A stretch of DNA of 64,000 nucleotides, from IMG/VR virus record IMGVR_UViG_3300046791_000443, positions 6,648 to 70,647 of that record. The stretch is one strand, 5' to 3'. Both the position numbers and the translations under genes were made by a program. Shown in pieces: positions 63,069 to 64,000 of this stretch. Numbering within the stretch: position 1 is the first letter of the stretch; every line of letters begins with the position of its first letter. The notes beneath the pieces were generated by a model. It saw only the letters and a program-made list of their open reading frames with translations. It ran no database searches and was not told the DNA's origin. The DNA is from a virus.

Positions 63069-63413
63069 TCACACCCTCGAGTAAAAGATGGCGCACTTCA
63101 CACCCGCAGCGCCCGCCAGCACAAGCCCGTTCACGAAGACCATGTTGGTCGGGTAGAAGCCCGGCGTCGCCGGCAGGGCGTAGATCGCATTGGTCGGTGC
63201 CACGTTGGGTACTCCCGCCGCATCGTGCAGCAGCGCGGTGCCGGCCATGACACTGATGCCGAGCACGCGCACGAAGCCCGACTGGATCAGCTTGTTGGTA
63301 TCGACGTAGCCTGACGAGTAGGTCGGGACCAGCTTTGACTGGGTCTGCTGCAGCTCCGACAGAACGGCGACGCCGGTCTGCAGCACACCCATGATGTCAT
63401 TGAGGCCCGCCAT
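63069..63413 (-). CDS. Virion structural protein
   Basis: 114 aa in the tail operon. Confidence 0.55.
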   Translation of the reverse strand: MAGLNDIMGVLQTGVAVLSELQQTQSKLVPTYSSGYVDTNKLIQSGFVRVLGISVMAGTALLHDAAGVPNVAPTNAIYALPATPGFYPTNMVFVNGLVLAGAAGVKCAIFYSRV

Positions 63414-63419
63414 GGCAGG

Positions 63420-63599
63420 TTAGCCCTGCACCGCCGCGCCGAAGACACGCCAGCCCAGGAGCAGGAACAGCAGGAACAGCATCAGCATGCTGCCGACGAC
63501 GCCGACCTGGGGGTTGGCGCCGAACCAGCCGAAGTGCTGGCCGAGACCGAACAGCAACCAGATCAGCATGATGACCCAGAAAATAAGACCGAGTGGCAT
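63420..63599 (-). CDS. Small two-transmembrane protein
   Basis: MPLGLIFWVIMLIWLLFG...LMLFLLFLLLGWRVFG; GGAGG Shine-Dalgarno. Confidence 0.6.
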   Translation of the reverse strand: MPLGLIFWVIMLIWLLFGLGQHFGWFGANPQVGVVGSMLMLFLLFLLLGWRVFGAAVQG

Positions 63600-63609
63600 G
63601 GCAGCCTCC

Positions 63610-64000
63610 CTAGTAGAATTTCCCGTCGGGCTGTGAGCGGTAGCGGTTGCCACCGACACGCCAGAACGAGTTGGTGTCGTTGCTCAGGAACTCGAGTGAG
63701 ACCAGGCGACCCCTGAAACGCGGCGTGATGTACTTCACGGCCTGGGTCAGCGTGAACGGACCGTACACCTTGTCAGGCTCGTTGGGGTACTCCTTGACGT
63801 AGAAGGTGAGCAGGACCGTGGAGGTGGTCGAGCCGGGGGTGTCCCACTTCATGTCGGGCCACACCTGGTCGACGAACATCAGGAGGTCGGCCTCGGTCAG
63901 CGCGAAGTAGCCGGTGCGGAGGAAGGACGTCATCGCCACATTGTCGGCGTCGTTGCCGCGCTCGTGCTCGTAGATCATGCGGCTGGCAGCGCCGGCGGCG
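63610..64000 (-). CDS. C-terminus of a tail tube / packaged-DNA stabilisation protein (5' end outside the window)
   Basis: IYEHE.G.DAD, ..PD, R.RGR, WR.G..R..QPDG C-terminal pattern; frame is open to the window edge. Confidence 0.65.
   Translation of the reverse strand, partial: AAGAASRMIYEHERGNDADNVAMTSFLRTGYFALTEADLLMFVDQVWPDMKWDTPGSTTSTVLLTFYVKEYPNEPDKVYGPFTLTQAVKYITPRFRGRLVSLEFLSNDTNSFWRVGGNRYRSQPDGKFY

Noticed and set aside
1-64000. tRNA, rRNA, transposase, integrase or flanking host genes
   Set aside because: None recognised by eye; a covariance-model and HMM scan would be needed to exclude them formally

Overview
The window is a GC-rich tailed dsDNA phage genome, close to complete and circularly permuted, with podovirus-like organisation and a probably alphaproteobacterial host (inference). 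No host genes are visible. A long minus-strand late module runs terS, then about 6 kb of accessory genes, terL, portal, a 2296-aa polyvalent protein, GroES-like chaperonin, scaffold, capsid, adaptor and tail fibres. It leaves the window at position 1, re-enters at 64000 with tail and ejection proteins, and converges on a plus-strand replication module (RHH protein, DUF2800 nuclease, SSB-like protein, family A DNA polymerase). A minus-strand early region is driven by five repeated promoter/leader cassettes. It leads to a primase-VapE helicase and an iteron-like origin candidate. The main observations are: (1) a well-formed 28-bp dif-like XerC/XerD site at 31234-31261 in a phage with no visible integrase; (2) a recurring [KRYFH]-x-x-G-G peptide motif that marks domain boundaries in six putative internal virion proteins, suggesting a shared processing or packaging tag; (3) an anti-defence cluster with Tad2-like and Gp49/Acb4-like genes; (4) a cluster of signal-peptide genes and an inverted lysis cassette between terS and terL; (5) short host-mimic peptides (FtsZ tail, SSB tail) in early proteins. 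All family calls come from motif recognition by eye, not from database searches.
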